A stretch of DNA of 63,994 bases, the filler included, from Candidatus Hydrogenedentota bacterium (GTDB lineage: Bacteria > JBFMHD01), in NCBI GenBank assembly GCA_040752395.1. It is 8 parts of 8 records of this genome, joined end to end, with 100 filler letters (N's around TTAATTAATTAA, not from the genome) between each part and the next. Parts side by side here need not be neighbours in the genome. Positions count along the whole stretch, not along the records: positions 59,560 to 63,994 come from JBFMHD010000224.1; 7 more parts are not named here. One strand, 5' to 3'. This document shows, piece by piece, positions 62,229-63,994 of the stretch. The translations under genes were made by a program, and so were the position numbers. Every line of letters begins with the position of its first letter. The stretch's first letter is position 1. The notes beneath the pieces are model-generated. The model was not told the DNA's origin and did not search any database. It was given only the letters and a program-made list of their open reading frames with translations.

Positions 62229-62490
62229 AGAAGCAAGATAACGGAAGAAGTGAGAGATATCAGGACAGGCTACAGGCTACGGACTACAGCCGGCTGGAGC
62301 CAAAAGCCAAAAGCCTGCTGAAAAGTCTTGAGTCTTGAGTCTCGAGTCCTGTTTTGACTCACGACTTGCGACTTGTGACTCACGACTCTTTTCATACTTT
62401 GTGCCTCTGTGCCTTTGTGCCTTTCTCTGTGGCTCTGTGCCTCTTTTCCTCCTCTTTAAAGTGTCTCACGTTTCAGGGGAGCAGTATATC
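62229..62490 (-). repeat. modular repeat array F-E-D-B-A
   Basis: Fills the lysA-radA spacer; every module recurs elsewhere. Confidence 0.94.
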
Positions 62491-62499
62491 ATCTACTAC

Positions 62500-63744
62500 T
62501 CACAGACTCTCACCTCGTATAATGTCTCTATAGCTTTCGCGCTTTCTTATTATTCGAAAATCTTTGCCATCAACCAGGACCTCAGCGCACCTTGGCCTTG
62601 AATTATAATTCGAAGCCATAGAGAATCCATAAGCCCCTGCAGACCTTATCGCGAGCAAATCACCTGAGAGTGGGATATTCATCTCGTAATCTTGTGCGAA
62701 AAAATCAGCTGATTCACAAACAGGACCAACAATATCAACCTTCTTTAGCTCTGTATCAGAACGTTTTCTTATATATTCGACTCTATGATAGGCTTCATAA
62801 AATGCGGGTCTAATTAAATCATTCATACCAGCATCTACAATAACGAAATTTTTACTGTAAGACTCTTTATAATATAAAACTTTTGTTACAAGAATGCCAC
62901 TATTGCCAACAATCAACCGCCCGGGCTCCATTAAAAGTTTTAGATTTAAATCCTTTATCAAGGGTAAGATAGCATTGCTTAATTCAAAAGGTGTGGGCGG
63001 GTTCTCATCTTTATAAATAATTCCGTAACCGCCTCCAATATTTAAAATCTCTATTTTAAATCCGTTGGTTCTTAAATTATTAATCAGTTTGTTTAATTTT
63101 GAGACTGCTTTTATATACGGTTCAACACTGACGAGTTGTGAGCCGATATGCGAGTGAATGCCTACGACATTAAGAGCTTTTAAGTCTTTTAAAAAAGCAA
63201 ATATCTCAAAAGCTTTATCAATCGGCAATCCAAACTTGTTTTCTTTTGTTCCTGTTATAATAAATTTATGAGTTTTAGCTTCTACATCGGGATTGATTCT
63301 TACTGCGATATTTGCGACTCTACCCATCTTTTTAGCGATCTCATTTATTCTTTCTGCTTCAGTAAACGATTCGATGTTAAAAAGCATTATGTTATTTTTT
63401 AAAGCCATGGTTATCTCGTCATCTGTTTTACCAACACCCGCATAAACAACTTTTGATGTATCTGAACAAGCCTCTATAACTCTGTAAAGCTCGCCACCAG
63501 AAACAATGTCAAAACCACTCCCTTCATCACTCAGTAATTTAATTATCGCTATATTTGAATTTACCTTAACAGAATAACATATCAGATGTTCCACCTTTTC
63601 AAACGCTGCATCAAATTTTCTGTAATGGTCAAGAATGGTATTTGCACTGTATATATAAAGAGGTGTCCCAACTTTTTTTACAATCTCCTCAACTGATACG
63701 CCCTCGCAATATAGTAAATCATCCTTGTACATAATCCGATCCAT
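62500..63744 (-). CDS. lysA: diaminopimelate decarboxylase
   Basis: YSVKVN, HIGSQ, EPGR, GPVCESAD, SNYNSRPR. Confidence 0.96.
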   Translation of the reverse strand: MDRIMYKDDLLYCEGVSVEEIVKKVGTPLYIYSANTILDHYRKFDAAFEKVEHLICYSVKVNSNIAIIKLLSDEGSGFDIVSGGELYRVIEACSDTSKVVYAGVGKTDDEITMALKNNIMLFNIESFTEAERINEIAKKMGRVANIAVRINPDVEAKTHKFIITGTKENKFGLPIDKAFEIFAFLKDLKALNVVGIHSHIGSQLVSVEPYIKAVSKLNKLINNLRTNGFKIEILNIGGGYGIIYKDENPPTPFELSNAILPLIKDLNLKLLMEPGRLIVGNSGILVTKVLYYKESYSKNFVIVDAGMNDLIRPAFYEAYHRVEYIRKRSDTELKKVDIVGPVCESADFFAQDYEMNIPLSGDLLAIRSAGAYGFSMASNYNSRPRCAEVLVDGKDFRIIRKRESYRDIIRGESL

Positions 63745-63748
63745 AAAT

Positions 63749-63912
63749 GCTCCTCTGAAAAGTCTCTAGTCTCCGGTCATTAAGTCGTCAGTCTTATCCT
63801 GACTCACGACTCTCGACTCCCGACCCCTAATATACCCCATCCCCTATGACCCATCCCCTAATATCCTCTGTGCCTCTGTGCCTTTCCTTTGAATCTTTCA
63901 ATCTTTCAACCT
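63749..63912 (-). repeat. degenerate modular repeat array (TGAAAGAT)-E-(GGGGATGG)-D-C end
   Basis: 63867-63900 matches 44808-44842; ends TTTTCAGAGGAG before lysA. Confidence 0.85.
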
Positions 63913-63994
63913 CTTATCATTTCTATTGCTTTCAATATCTGGCTGTCATCTAAACCCTTTAATCTGCTCTCCTGTAATTTATCCTTCATCTCGG

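Noticed and set aside
20271-62490. CRISPR array or integron attC interpretation of the repeats
   Set aside because: There is no constant repeat with unique equal-length spacers, no cas or intI gene, and no consistent RYYYAAC..GTTRRRY boxes; the arrays lie among housekeeping genes.
1-63994. rRNA, tRNA, inteins in dnaE or nrdJ, DGR/retron reverse transcriptase, prophage
   Set aside because: None recognised by eye; protein lengths are normal and no RT or phage genes are present. tRNAscan or Infernal would be needed to exclude small RNAs.

Overview
Low-GC bacterial draft or MAG sequence made of 8 contig pieces (1-21102, 21203-27576, 27677-34030, 34131-40436, 40537-46816, 46917-53188, 53289-59459, 59560-63994). 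They are joined by artificial 100-nt N/TTAATTAATTAA/N spacers, so adjacency across spacers is meaningless. Most genes are housekeeping: dnaE, nuoA-H-J-K-L-M-N, PPi-PFK, ino1 with a PIP-synthase-like gene, hinT-rpsU-yqeY-dnaG-rpoD-thiolase, hemA, trkH/A, a surface-glycan cluster, aconitase, truA, ligA, nrdJ-thyX, radA and lysA. There are also three MNT/HEPN toxin-antitoxin loci. The most unusual signal is non-coding: about 20 intergenic spacers are built from a shared kit of more than 10 sequence modules. Many modules are 7/8-nt tandem repeats paired with their inverted counterparts. They are combined in different subsets, joined at recurrent hub motifs, almost always co-oriented with transcription, and frequently end in a module that supplies the Shine-Dalgarno sequence of the next gene. 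Module names used below, written in gene-sense orientation: A = GTCCTGATACYTCTCACTTCTTCCGTTAT(CTTGCTT)n; B = GGCT..GGCTCCAGCCGGCTGTAGTCC(GTAGCCT)n; C = ATTATTAGAGTTACARYGTTTTTC(AGA/GAA)GGAG; D = (GAGTCGT)n..(GACTCAA)n; E = (GGCACAAA)n; F = ATACTGCTCCCCTGAAACGTGAGACACTTTAAAGGGGAG; G = (GGAGTTM)2..(GARCTCC)n; H = (GGGTTMTT)n; I = ATGAGCGCxxTTGCGCTCTACAC; J = ACTAAAGATGATATG; K = TAAGTTCTACTGCACCAATAACTGAG. Other highlights: a secretin fused to three ComEA-like helix-hairpin-helix domains, a membrane-arm-only complex I operon, and TA loci bracketed by direct repeats. All analysis was done by eye; no searches were run.
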